Below are positions 1 to 13,671 of a stretch of 64,000 nucleotides of DNA, piece by piece (position 1 is the first letter of the stretch; the number at the start of each line of letters is the position of its first letter). The translations under genes were made by a program, and so were the position numbers. A model generated the notes under the pieces. That model was not told the DNA's origin, made no database searches, and saw only the letters and a list, made by a program, of their open reading frames with translations. Source of the stretch: Octopus vulgaris (Eukaryota); the NCBI GenBank assembly GCA_951406725.2, contig OX597815.1, positions 172,918,001-172,982,000 on the forward strand, read 5' to 3'.

Positions 1-1545
1 CCATGCTAGCATGGAAAGCGGACGTTAAATGATGATGATGATGATGATGATGAAACTGACTTCAAGAGACAGAGAATCAAATGTAGCAAAAATAAACTGG
101 ATAAAGCAAATGTGATAACAATAAGGAGATGCATGTGGCTTTCTTGCTAGATGCAAGGTTAAACTCACATTACACTTGTTCCTATAGACACATCTACAGT
201 AGCTAGTTACATCCATCGTATGAAGACGAAAACCTTAAGTAAGCTAAATCAAAGATAGATGGGCATAAAAGATCATGGATTTTAACAGGTATATTTGGAA
301 TCAACAGAAAGGTAGCAATAGTCTATCTGAAAGTTGTGCGCATGGCAAGAAATGAAGAGTAAATGAGGTTCCCAAAGTTTTAGGATATTGATAATTTTAC
401 AATAAAAGGTACAAATTTCAGAAAGTCAGCCACCAAAATAATCAACAAGTTCTGTGAACCAACCGGCCTTTGCCTTAAATGGGGAAAATGCTAATGATCA
501 TGAATATTAAACCTATTTCTGGTGAGTGACCAACACAGGCTACTGGTTTGTGAATTCAAGATGAAAAGCAGGAAAACAAGAATCATGATAAAGTGAAAGA
601 TTTTGTTGTTTGAATCCATATCAACTCTAATCAACTAGATCTATAAACAAAGGCACTTTGCAAAGCCTATCTCCAAAGATTCCTAAGGCACTTGTTGCTA
701 TTTCTAGCAGGTCAAGCGACTACATGGTAGCTACTTCATTGACTCAGAGTGATCTTCCAAAAAAGTACTAGCAGTTGGAAAGAGAGACTGGTGCAGAGAA
801 CTTCTCCAGAATTGAGGGGGCTTGAATGTTCCTATAGAACAACCTACAGAAAACTATTGACTAGGTAGCAGTTAACAGAATAGTGAAATACAAAATATAT
901 TTGAAGATAAAGTACCTACTTGTCAGTTAAAAAAAATTATTATCTTGCACCAAGAGAATGAATGAGAAACAAAGGATATGGAATTGAGAAATAGTGTATT
1001 CAAAATTATGAATAGAAGTGTGTTTGAATTGACATGGACACACTTAATACTGAAATGTCATTTTTTGGAGACTGTTGAATATAGATTATTATTGGAACAA
1101 CAATCAACTGCAAAGCTATTGATGAAAGCAATTCAAAACATAGGAACAGCTATGAATAAGCTGAAAGCATTATGTGGGGCTAATGTAACACTAATTGCTT
1201 GTTTAGTTAATTTGATAATAGGCGGGAGATATTAGCTCAATACCAGAAATGGGAAAACAGAAAATGAAGCAAGACTGGCAGAGAACCAAAGTTTAGAAGT
1301 TGCAGGTAGATTCATGGCATGACTGCACAATCTGTAACAAAATGAATATTTGAGATTGAAGCATGCACAAGATGTATTGTAACATTTAATATGTTTTCCA
1401 GTTAATAGACATAGGCATGGCTGAGCAGTTAAGAAAGGTCCTTCACTACTATGGACACCCAGCTGGTATTTTCTAGCATACCCACAAACTGACCAATGCC
1501 TTGTGAGGGAAACTCGGTTGATGGAAACTATATATACATATATAC

Positions 1546-1590
<45 letters not shown>

Positions 1591-2016
1591 TCAACTTGTG
1601 TGTCTGTGTGGGTATCTGTGTGTGTGTCTGTGTGTTTAACTTCCCGGCACATCTCCTCCTAGCTAACAAATTGTAGAACCACCAAAAATGGGTCACTTAA
1701 AGTTTAGGCGAATGAAAATTGAACTGCGCTATTTCTGTTCCGAAATTCATCTCGCAAGTGCAAAAATCAACAATATGTTTGTTTAGGCCTTATCCCATGC
1801 ATTGAATAGTGAAATTTACTCAGTCAGCTGTTTGACGTGAACTGTGTTCACCACGCATGCAAGCATGCGTAAATTGCATGAAAAATAAAAAATCAAGATA
1901 TAAAAATGAATCGCCGTAAACATTGTAGAAATTTGGCTAAGAAATGAATTTTTGGGATGTAGCCTGGAGGGATTTTTCGTATTAATCGTTTGGACTTTGT
2001 GAACACATACCAATTA

Positions 2017-2380
2017 TCTATATATATAAAGCTGAAGTTGTCTGTGTATGGCAGGTTTGGTAGCCTTCAACTAACACTCTCCTCCGAGACCCTGCGGCGC
2101 AAGTTGACCAAAATTAAGAGTATGATAGAAGAAGGCTTGCTCTTCCTTCCATAGAAGAAAAAATTCAAATCAGACTATGTTATCACCAAAAATTATTTAC
2201 ATCAAAAAGGTGCTTTTTTTCTATGAAAATCCCTATTTTTTACGATTTTTTTACTGTCGCCATTTTTCGTGTATTTCAACCAGAAAAATGTTCACTTAAA
2301 GAGAATAACAAGCTACATAATGCAAAATTTTTACTTTTCAAAAATTCCAATTCTAAAGCAATGCCGGGTGATACTGCTAG
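2017..2380 (+). mobile_element. Non-autonomous Helitron
   Basis: A|TC...CTAG|T boundaries with subterminal gcaatgccggg hairpin remnant. A second Helitron-like 5' segment lies at ~1580-2016. Confidence 0.65.
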
Positions 2381-2441
2381 TATATATATATAGAGAGAGA
2401 GAGAGAGAAATATTAAAATTACTAAGTCTCTCTACATATAC

Positions 2442-2478
<37 letters not shown>

Positions 2479-2929
2479 GATATATATATATACATATATA
2501 TATATGGAATTATCGCATTGCAAAGAGTGCCAAAAAAGCTTTGAGAATCCTTAAAACTATGCAGTCTCAGGGCTTCATTGCTCAACTGTCAAATGAAAAG
2601 ATGATGCAAGGATAACCTGGATAGATTGCTAATCAAGGTACATCTGTGATTCCATAATCAGCCATGCGTATCACGGCATGGCTGCAGATTATTGTTTCAA
2701 CTACTTGGCACCGAGTGTATGTGTATATATTTGCTTACTTTGTGTGTGTGTGTGTGTGTGTGGTGGAGAGTTTGGGTGCATGAGAGAGATAGAGAAACAA
2801 AGTTTAATTTGTATGTAAGAAGTAATCAAGGTTTAATGTCAGATAATGAGTAGTAAGTGTGTTTATGATATAATAATTATTTTTAATTTATGAGTGAATC
2901 TTTGCATTTTTCTGGGTAATGACATGGGA

Positions 2930-3306
2930 CGTTGGTAATGATCACGCTCAAATGGTGCCCTTTTATGTGTCACTGGTACTGAAGCCAGTACCTGTGGCAC
3001 GTAAAAGGGCACCATTCAAGCGTGATCGTTACCAACGTCGCTTCACTGGCACCTGTGCCGGTGGCACATGTAAAAGGATTCGAGCAAGGTCATTGCCAGT
3101 ACCGCCTGACTGGCCCCCCGTGCCGGTGGCACATAAAAAGCACCCACTGCACTCTCGGAGTGGTTGGCGTTAGGAAGGGCATCAAGCTGTAGAAACCCTG
3201 CCAGATCAAGATTGGAGCCTGGCGCAGCCATCTGGTTCGCCAGACCTCAGTCAAATCGTCCAACCCATGCTAGCATGGAAAGTGGACGTTAAACGATGAT
3301 GATGAT
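2930..3306 (+). mobile_element. RTE 3'-end or RTE-tail SINE
   Basis: Same tail family (ggttggcgttaggaagggcatc...ccatgctagcatggaaagtggacgttaaacgatgatg). Other copies at 1-52, 3850-4135, 34052-34300 (-), 43810-44010 and 49501-49650 (-). Confidence 0.75.
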
Positions 3307-3404
3307 ACATATATATATATACATATATACATATATATATATATACATATATATACATATATATATATACATATATATACATATATATATATACATATAT
3401 ATAC

Positions 3405-3449
<45 letters not shown>

Positions 3450-3581
3450 CATACATACATATATATATATATATACATACATACATATATATATATATAT
3501 ATCATACATACATATATATATATATAATATACATACATATATATATATATATATATGTGTTACTGGATACTATATATATAT

Positions 3582-3626
<45 letters not shown>

Positions 3627-3784
3627 CATACATAATATATATATATATATATATATACATACATACATATATATATATATATACATACATATATATATAT
3701 ATATATACATACATATATATATATATATATATAATCCATACATATATATATATATACATCCATACATATATATATATATACATC

Positions 3785-3845
<61 letters not shown>
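3307..3845. repeat. (TA)n/(TACA)n compound microsatellite, representative of dozens in the window
   Basis: Direct inspection. Other large tracts at 12625-12845, 24425-24795, 29105-29330, 49650-49850 and 61995-62245. Confidence 0.95.
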
Positions 3846-3846
<1 letters not shown>

Positions 3847-4144
3847 CATGATTGGAAGCATGCCAAAGTGGGCCTCACCAGTGCTGGCATTAAGAAGGTC
3901 ATCCAACCATGAAATCTAGGCCACACAGACCTCACCGGTGCTGGTGCTATATAAAAAGCACTCAGTCCACTATGTAAAGTGGTTGGCATTAGGAAGGACA
4001 TCCAGCTGCAAAAATTATGCTGAAGCAGATAATGGAGCTTGGTGCAGTCCTCTGGCTTGCAGGCTCCTGTCAAACCATCCAACCCATGCCAGCATAGAAA
4101 ATGGATGTTAAATGATGATGACGATGATGATGATGAATATATTT

Positions 4145-4226
<82 letters not shown>

Positions 4227-4304
4227 ATGATGATGATGATGATATATACATACATACATATATATATACATATATATATATATATACACACATATATATA
4301 TTAA

Positions 4305-5610
4305 TTAGTTCATCTATCATTGTCAACAATGAGAGAAGATGGGTTACGGTATGCTCAGCTGTGGCCAATCAGTCTGATGTGTGCTCTGAAGGCTCTGCCA
4401 CAAGTCAGGCAGCAGTGGCTTATAAGGAATGAAGGCAAGGAGTTGGCACTGGACTTGCATAGTTCATGGTTTTTTGTGCCCCTGCAATCCTGTTCTATTT
4501 GCAGGGCAGTCTTGTGCTTGTGCTTCCCAAGTGTGAAGGTTGATCTTTGAATGTGTCCTTGAAGTGCCTTATCTGTCCACCTTGTATGCATTGCCTTCCA
4601 CCAGTTTGCTTCCACAGTCTCTTAAGGAGCCGTGTATCAGGCATTTGAACATGTCCTACTCACCTGACTTGTGCTCTCTTCAGATGTGCGCAAATGTTTG
4701 GCAGATAAGCTTGAAAGAGACCCTCTGTGTCTGGGGGCCTAGTCTTGCCGCATATCTTTTGTATCTTTGTGGAGAGGTCTTTCACATAGGATAGACAGAC
4801 AGTGGACAGTTTATTGGTTTTATCCTCTCTTTTCTTCATAATTGGAGTAAAACTGTATCATACAACTTCAACTTGGTAGCCAGCCTAATACCTCACCTTT
4901 CCCACACTGATTCACATAGCCATTCAAATGCTCAGCTTCCCTAGGCAATGTGTATGTCAACTTCACCATCAATGTTCACAGATTTGGAGAGGGTTTTCTC
5001 TTTGACACTGATAGTTGATTCTACAAACTACTTCTGTGGGGTTGGTTAGTGCATGACCTCTGACTTCTGAGCACTGATTGTGAAGCCCATCTGGGCCTCT
5101 GTGACAGCATTGAGTACACAGTCATCTGTGAACAGGAAGTTGCACACTGAGTCCTCTTCCACCTTGGTCTTGGTCTGTAGCCTCCACAGGTTGAAGAGTT
5201 TGTCACCAGTCCTGAATCTGATTTTGATACTGGTTTCATTATCATTGCAGAAGGTATCAAACATCATAGCTGAGAACATCATGCTGAACAGTGTAGGTGT
5301 GAGTACACAGCCCTGCCTGACCCTGTTAGTAACTGGAAATGATTTGGAAGAATCTCCATTCTCCAGTACACGAGCAAGCATGCCATCATGAAACTGTTGC
5401 ACCATGCTGATAAATTTGTCTGGGCAGCCAAATTTACCCATGATCTTCCAAAGCTCCTCACAACTGATGGTGTCAAAGGTCTTGGCTAGGTCTACAAATG
5501 CTGTGCATAGGTCCCTGTTCTGTTCTTTGCACTTCTCCTGAAGTTGGCATGCAGTAGAGATCATATCAACTGTCCCACAGCCCTCTCTGAAGCCACAACG
5601 ACTAGAATGG
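4305..5610 (-). mobile_element. RTE/BovB-like LINE, 5'-truncated and decayed
   Basis: RT segment CGFREGCGTVDMI...AFVDLAKTFDT...VRQGCVLTPTLF...FTDD; C-terminal C2H2 finger [17 protein letters not shown] at ~4355-4420. Confidence 0.88.
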
Positions 5611-6300
5611 ATCATTGAACTATTAAAAGCTGAATTAATTAGTGTTTCATGGTGCCAATATTGAGTTCTTTAACACAAGATAATTACAACAGTATAGCTA
5701 CTATTTTTCCATAGTCATCCTTTATATGCTGAAAATAGTCTCTAAGAGATTAAGGACTCTAAAAATCATTTCAAACTCAAGCAGTGATGATCTTAAGATG
5801 ATAAGCAATACTATTCTTATATTAAGGTAGATTTGATCAACTATATATCAAACTCCACAACAAATTTGAAGCTGAAGAGTGAGAAGTTTAGCAGAATCAA
5901 TAAGTGCTGGAGCAAAATACTTTATAGTATTTGAGTTTCAATTAAAAGATTAAACCATCATCTGGTTTAATATCATTACTTTTATTGTCAGCATCTGGGC
6001 CAGGTTTCCAGTCTTAGAAAAACTTCCTCTCACTTGTCTTGAAACCTCAAAAAATTTCAGCCCCTGACACCTTCAGACTAGAGAAATCAGATCACTGACC
6101 TCTGTCCTTCCTTGGTGCACACAGCCATGTTTACTGTAACACAAGAAGGAAAACTGGAGTGATCAAGGTCAAACCTCAGTTACATAACCACAAGAGCACA
6201 TCTTTTTAGCATGCAAGTGCTGAAGTCAGTGCAACCAACATAAAGAAATTTTTGGCAAAAGTAAGGATAATCTTTGATACTCCCTCATGTGTATGTACAT

Positions 6301-6497
6301 AGAAGGGAGTTCTGAAAAGTTCCTGACTTTGGGTAAAAGAAAATACAGAAGGATCAGTTAATTATGATTTTATTCAACATATTCCCCTCTGAGATTCACA
6401 CACTTATTACAGCCCTGCAAATGAACTACAAAGGTTGGGCCTTCAACAAGGCCTTTTGCGATATCCTTAAAGCCAGAACTTTTCAGCACTTCCTTGT
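6301..6497. mobile_element. Mariner-derived MITE
   Basis: TIRs gggagttctgaaaagttcctgacttt / aaagccagaacttttcagcacttcc. Confidence 0.65.
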
Positions 6498-7163
6498 GTG
6501 TGTGTCTGAGAGAGAGTGAGTGTATGTATGTGTGTGTGTGAGTGTGCGTGTGTGTGTGTATGTGTCTGTGTGTGTGCATACACATACATACATAGATTGT
6601 GGGCACTGACCTTCTTCTTATTAAACCATACAAAATATTTTTTTTAAATAAAATAGCACTCATGTAATATAGTACCCATAATTACATCAGGGTATTTCTA
6701 TCTGATGTCATCCCAAGTATCAACTTCTTTTATGGAGGAGGATAAATGATAAAGAAATATGATGTAAAAGGCATAAAGCAATAAATAAGAAGTAATAAGG
6801 ATAAATGAATGACAAATTTGCTTATTATCCAAAATGGCAATTCATATTTAAGACCGAGTAAAAATAATACATGGTGGTCAAATGTTGGATTGACCCATTA
6901 GTTATATCGCTAAATTCTACCACAGGAATTTATATTTAGTTGCTTATTAATGCTTTGCACTTTACTTGCTACAGTGAATCTTTCCAAAAATAGTTATCGT
7001 TTTTTTATAGTTGTATGATAAGTACTGAAAAATTCATGATTATAAACACATACTACATCCAAATTTTTTTTTAAACCCTTGAAACATGCTAATAAGGATT
7101 AAGTATGAATTCTATATAAAATATTTAAGTAAACAATTATCCCATATATATACATGAACATGG

Positions 7164-7205
<42 letters not shown>

Positions 7206-7241
7206 CCATGTTCATGTATATGTATGAGATAATTGTTTACT

Positions 7242-7269
<28 letters not shown>

Positions 7270-7274
<5 letters not shown>

Positions 7275-7440
7275 GTCCCGGGTTGATTCGGGGTTAACCA
7301 CAGTAAGTAAGGTACTCAATACATAGCAGAGTAAAATTAATTTATTATATAGAAGGAGTTTACAGACTATACTGTTTCATTCAAGAGAAATCTTCAGGAA
7401 GCTTCTGAAGATTTCTCTTGAATGAAACAGTACTAGTATA
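7270..7440 (-). mobile_element. Penelope-like pLTR fragment with fold-back junction and hammerhead core
   Basis: Perfect 28-bp inverted repeat (7370-7397 / 7405-7432) containing CTGAAGA...GAAACAG, between (TA)n tracts. Confidence 0.5.
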
Positions 7441-7444
7441 TATA

Positions 7445-7494
<50 letters not shown>

Positions 7495-7562
7495 TGAAAG
7501 CTAGAAATTGTATATAAGCTCCTTCTGTTGGAACAAAATGTGAATGATGCTCTTCTTTTTCT

Positions 7563-7598
<36 letters not shown>

Positions 7599-9599
7599 CA
7601 TCATATATAAAATGAGAGTGTTTTTGTTCTTCACCCACATCACTCCATACATCTTTCTCTCTGCAGTTTCCACTGAAAATTCATTAAGTCAGGAAAATCT
7701 GTCATGTTGGCATCAGTGACGCCAGTACATAGTATATTTATCCCATATTTTCTCAAGAGAGCCATCTAAATTTCAGGTAAGTAAAACTATTATTTCTCAT
7801 TCTATCTTTGTTTCTCTTTCTATATTGTTATGGTCTTCTTCACTGCAAGAAATTCTAAATATACTCCCCATGTAGGGTTGATGTGAATATTATACACTAC
7901 AGGTGTCCTTATGTTCTATCCTTTCATTTCTGTATTTCTTCCCCCACCCCACCCCATCAACTGAAAATTTGTTAGGGTAGGTGAATCTGCAATTCCAGTA
8001 TTGGCATCTCCTATATATATAATATATATATATGGCTACTATATCTGAATGAAGTGCAAACAATGGTGGTAAAAAATCTGTACAGCGGAGACATGGACTC
8101 CAGAAACTGCAACAAAAGTAATCTACCTAGGTGAGCAACAGCTGTAAATCACAACTTCGATACAATAGTGTAGAAGGGACACTTTAGTCTTAACAAGCAA
8201 CCTCTTAACAAGCATGTATGATACAACAAAATGCATTCAATCCATACTGAAAAATGGTTTGAGCAACCAGTTATAAAAAATATACTAAAAACATGACATT
8301 CAAATCAATGAAAACCCTTAACTGTATATACAGGACTAAATCTTACCATATCAGTACAGTACATAGCAGAGGATGGCCAGGTTGGAACATCTGACCACAT
8401 ATGAGAAACTCTCAACCATCATCAACTGGTCTTACCATCAACCCCCTTTCCTTTCAATTCAGAAAACAGACATCAAGTAACACACTTATCACTGCCAGAA
8501 ACAGAAATTCTCTTCTTCCCTGCAGGTTCAAAACCTCAGGGATACCAACAGCAACACAGAGGTCTTGTGAGCAAAAACGAGGTCTTGTGATATTGTAGAG
8601 AAGCTAGAGCAGACATGAGTAGATGTGTATTGTGCATACAAGTTAAGTTGAAAGGAGCCTAAACAAGACACTTTGTGGGCAAGGAACACAAGAACAAATT
8701 TTCGTGAATTGGTAACAACATTGTGAAGGATGGAGTAGGAATATTAAGAGAGAAATGGATATATGAAATAATTAAGGTAGCCAGCATTGTGGTAGGATGA
8801 TTAAGCTTAGACTTCTCATACACAACACAACACCAATCTTTACATATGCATCACAATCAAGAGTAACAAACAAGCAAAATAAGTGTTCCTCTGACCTCCT
8901 TTTGCAAGCTTTAATAACTGTTAGCTCCCATTATCACTGCTTTAACTTATTAAAGTTACCAACATGTTGGACAAAATCATGGTTGCTGTCCCAACATATG
9001 TGAAGGATATGGTTAGGACACACAGAATGAACAGCAAGCAATGTTCTTGAAATTTTGTAATGCAGATGACCTAACCATTTGCAAAACAGATGACCAGAAA
9101 ACAGAGAGCCACTTGATCCCCTAACATTCAAGTGAATGTGCAAGACAAATATTATTTATACTCACCAGGAAATGGGATATCCAGATGGCTGTGAATACTA
9201 AATTTATCCACAATGAAAAATATACTTCTCCACATAGACTACTAAGTGATCTCAGGAAAGACCTAAACTACCTCAGAGATTTAAGACTAGAGAAGGAAAG
9301 TTATGGAAGCTGAAAGATCCTTTGGCCAAAAAAGGTTCAAAGAAGTACTAGGAGAAATATATTTCAAGGAGGGAATAGATACTTATAACGTAGAAGATAA
9401 CCAGGAGCTTCCACAAGATTTTCTGGAAATAGTGGTAGCTAAAAACACTATCAGATAGCTTGAAGAAAGGCTGGATATCAGGAATATTTGATAAAGAGAA
9501 AAACAGAGTTAGAGATTGCAAAGCAGTGTGTCAGTATGAATCAGATCATTGGTGAGAAATGTGTATGCAAAGATAACAATGTAATTAACCACATAAATG

Positions 9600-10695
9600 C
9601 CAAGATAAAAAGAGACAAAAGAAGGAAGGAAATGTTATTATGAGAGAGTGTTAAATAAACAAAGTGCATTGGAGAAAGTTCTGTTGTCTGGTGATTACTA
9701 AGAAAAGTTGGTGTAGATGAATGGCTGTCACTTAAGTGACAGTCAGCAACAAGTTTTCCAAAGAATAGTGTATTTCAACAAAAATATGGTAACAAAACGA
9801 TTAAGACTGGTTGTCTATGGGAACTTTTGCATGCTTAATTCTCAGAACTGACTCTATCAAAGAACTGCAGAGAAAATTTTTCAATTATGAAAGCAAAACC
9901 TAGAATCAAGATGTATTACAATAAAATCTAGTAAAGAGAGTCAGCAGAAAACAAATGGGAGTATTGTCTTCTGGGAAGTGACCATGCTCAATATGCAGAG
10001 AAACAGATAGGAATGCCTTGTGTCCTGAATATAAACTATGGGTGTATGACAGATGCAGTGGAATTGCAGGCAAGCTGACAGACGATTTCATATGTAGCAG
10101 ATGCATGAGGGTAATTAGTAACATGGCCACACATAAAATAAAAAAAAACTCCAGAAGCAGTTGATAGCTTCTGTTACCTAGGTGACCTAATTAGTAGTGA
10201 AGGGCATTTCAAAAGTAGAGTAGCCAAAATAGGAACAGGGTGGAAAAAGATCAAGCAGCTATTACCTCTGCTGAAAACACAGGGATTCTTTCAAAAAAGG
10301 AAGTGCAGAATTTATTAGATTTGTGTAAAAAGTGCAATACCTAATAGCTGTGAAATATGGGCACTGGATTCAGAGGATGGGCAAAGGTTAGAAATTAATG
10401 AAGCAAGCATGCTCCACTGGATGTGTAATGTTAATGTATATGAATGAGAGCTCAGATGATCTGAGAAAAGAATGGGTGTAAGAGGAATCATATGTAGTGT
10501 GCTAAAGAGAGTTAACTGGTATGGATTTGTGATGCATATGAAAGACGATACTTGAGTGTCAAATGATCAAAGTGGAAGAAATCTGAGGTAAAAGAAGACA
10601 GAAAAAATCATTTGTGCCATGATGCTGTCCTGGAGAAGGCCTATCTAACTAAAGCAAGCACAGAAAAAGGACATTAAATAATGATGATGGTGAAG
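9600..10695 (+). mobile_element. Highly decayed RTE LINE 3' region
   Basis: PCSICR...KLWV...CSGI zinc-finger remnant and FCYLGD motif (~10169), ending in a ggacattaaataatgatgatg tail. Confidence 0.6.
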
Positions 10696-11854
10696 ATACT
10701 ATAAAAGAATATGTAGAATAATATAATATACATAGAATAATTTGAAAATAGTAAGAGCTATTTGAACAAACATGGAAATGAATTCAAAATTTATGGTTGG
10801 AATTTAAAGATATTGTTAGTGATTTCTTATTTAGTTACAAAGGAGAAGAGATTCATCAGTGATCCAGTTTTTTGATTACTAACAGTATGTAACATTATCT
10901 AAAGATACAATTTCATGAAGGTCACAAGTTCTTGAAAATCAGTGCAAGTATGCTCTGCTACATAACTGGAACATATTCAGCAAAATTCTTCTCATAAAAT
11001 AAATGGTTTATTTCAACTAAAGATAAAATAAATACTATCAAATACAAAATATCAATATTTTATGTAACCATCTTATCTTTGGTTTCAAATTTTGGCACAA
11101 GAACAGCAAGTTCAGATGATAAGGTAAGTCAATTACATCGACCCTGGTACCCAACTAATACTTATTTTATCAACCCCAAAAGGATGAAAAACAGAATCGA
11201 CCCAGTGGAATTTGAACTCAGAACATAAAAACAGACAAAATGCTGCTAAGTATTTTGCCTGGCATGCTAACAATTCTGCCAGCTCACCACACCAATCAAC
11301 ATAGTAATAATAGCATTAATGGTATAAATAATTAATGCAAATTTTAGTTCAGTACCTTACCAATAAATGCAGTGCACTGTGCACAACACACAATAATACA
11401 AAAATATAGAAATACAGAAATAAAAAATCATTATATACTGCCTTTAAAATAATTAACTTCCTCAAAATAATTATTTTTAATGTAACCACAAAGTAGGAGA
11501 CTTTTAGTGTAGCAACATTAATGCATTTCCATATAGTTGTTCACTTAGAGTTTTTGTAAAGCTGTTACAATAGAAAATCAAAGATTCATCATTTGAATGT
11601 CCACTTTCTCATACTTGAATGGATTGGACAGAATTTGTTGAGGTAGATTTTCTATGGTTAGATGCCCCTCCTTTTCCCAACATTCACTTGTTTCCAAATA
11701 AGGTAATATTTTCCCATTACCAGATATGTTTTCATAGAAGGTTGGAAACAAAGGACATCACTTGTATGACAGTAATACTTATTTACAACTAACCACATTT
11801 TGTCATGACAAGATGACATAACATATACATGCATACATATATATTACATATTTT

Positions 11855-11899
<45 letters not shown>

Positions 11900-11932
11900 A
11901 ATAGCATTCTGCCTTTTTATAATTTTTCCTTG

Positions 11933-11980
<48 letters not shown>

Positions 11981-11982
<2 letters not shown>

Positions 11983-12530
11983 AGATAAGAAAATGGAGAA
12001 ATACATCTAAATCAAATATCAATTACCAGATAATACTCAATCACATACTTTATTATGTAGACTGAGTTATATTACATAATCTCCGAAGAGGCCTTATGAT
12101 ATTTTTGTAAATGTCTCATTTATATCTATATATTGACCAACCATAAAGGGCTAATATTGGTAAAATGAGACATACTTATCTACATGGCCGAAACAGCTGT
12201 AAGATGTAATCTATACTTATATTTATATTTACTTATATTTATATTCTCTTTTATATGTATTCTACTTATTATACAACATTACTCTTTTATGTACACTTTT
12301 TTATGTACATTCCTTCATGTACACTGATTTGTTTTGCTTTTTATATTTAACCCTACAGTCTCTTATGTGGTGGTTTAATAAAGTATGTGATTGAGTATTA
12401 TCTGGTAATTGATATTTGATTTAGATGTATTTCTCCATTTTCTTATCTTGTATTAGTAATTTGTGGTAAATCTTTTTACCTTTGCCCATATAATACAGTA
12501 AATGAATTGATTGCATCGCAATCATTAACA
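11981..12530 (+). mobile_element. Penelope-like pLTR remnant with inverted 5' copy
   Basis: Perfect 75-bp inverted repeat (11981-12055 / 12376-12450) with an internal hammerhead; preceded directly by a (TA)n tract. Confidence 0.7.
12071..12210 (+). ncRNA. Hammerhead ribozyme with extended stem II
   Basis: ATTACAtaaTCT-CCGAAGA-GGCC...GGCC-GAAA-CAGCTG-TA-AGATGTAAT: stems I and II, palindromic stem III, GUA cleavage triplet. Confidence 0.7.
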
Positions 12531-12622
12531 TTTATGTATTAACTTTGTTGGGTACTTCACTAGTAGTATATTGGATATATGTTATCCCATGGAGGGTTGC
12601 ATTTACAACCCCTATCTCAATT

Positions 12623-12741
<119 letters not shown>

Positions 12742-12793
12742 TATATAAAATATATATAAATATATATAAATATATATATAAATATATATATAA

Positions 12794-12848
<55 letters not shown>

Positions 12849-13009
12849 TGTGTGGCAAGTAGTTAGCTTTCCAAGCACATGGTTCAAGGTTCAGTCCCAC
12901 TGGATGGCATTTTGGGCAAGTGTCTTCTACTATAGCCTCAGGCCAACCAAAGCCTTGTGAGTGGATTGGTAGACAGAAACTGAAAGAAGCCTATCATATA
13001 TATATAAAT

Positions 13010-13613
13010 ATATAACAGAAGTCAGCATGGAGAAATGGGTGGAACATTACTCTGATCTCTACTCCAGACAGAACACAGTGTCCCACTCAGCTCTTGATGC
13101 CACTGAGTGGCATCATGGAAGAGCTTGACGCTGAGCCAACCCTGATCGAGTTCAGCAAGGCTATAGATGGCTTGGCCTCGAGCAAGGCTCCGGGCAGCAA
13201 TGGGATTCCCCCAGACCTGATCAAGCAATGCAAGACTACCCTACTGCAGCCACTTCATGGGGTCTTCTGTCAGTTCTAGCAAGAAAGTGCTATTCCACAG
13301 GATATGAGAGACACCAAGATTATCACCCTCTACAAGAACAAGGGTGAAAGAAGCAACTGCAACAACTTCAGGGGCATCTCCCTTCTCAGTGTTGTCGGCA
13401 TGGTATTCACATGGGTCATCGACCTCGGCTACAATACAGGAGATTTGACGGTCCTTGTCTTCAACGCAGAGAAATGGGACAGCCTCCAGCTGACCGGCCA
13501 ACATGGAGGAGCATCTTGAATGAACATTGCAAGTCAAGGGAAAAGAGGTTAATGAGCGCAGCAGCACACAAGCGATATATCGACCCCTCCACGGAACCAC
13601 AGAGATTACCCGC

Positions 13614-13620
<7 letters not shown>
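13010..13620 (+). mobile_element. RTE/BovB-like LINE with large internal deletion, nested in a SINE
   Basis: KAPGSNGIPPDL...IITLYKNKGERSNCNNFRGISLLS is fused at ~13420 to the 3' end (ADRPTWRS...). Sits in the (TA)n between a SINE head (12845-12995) and tail (13680-13900). Confidence 0.8.

Positions 13621-13671
<51 letters not shown>

Noticed and set aside
3251-4432. Many ORFs rich in YI/IY/MYV repeats (also at 12.5, 24.4, 29, 45, 49.6 and 62 kb)
   Set aside because: They are translations of (TA)n, (TACA)n and (CA)n microsatellites that lack stop codons; not genes.
9166-9188. Possible 23-nt minus-strand micro-exon (cacag|...CTG|gtgagt)
   Set aside because: Not a multiple of three and no similarity to Cav-beta.
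11361-11431. Signal-peptide-like mini-ORF MIFYFCISIFLYYCVLCTVHCIY with donor TG|gtaagg (minus strand)
   Set aside because: Phase 2 does not match the phase-0 CACNB junction, and T-rich DNA yields hydrophobic peptides by chance.
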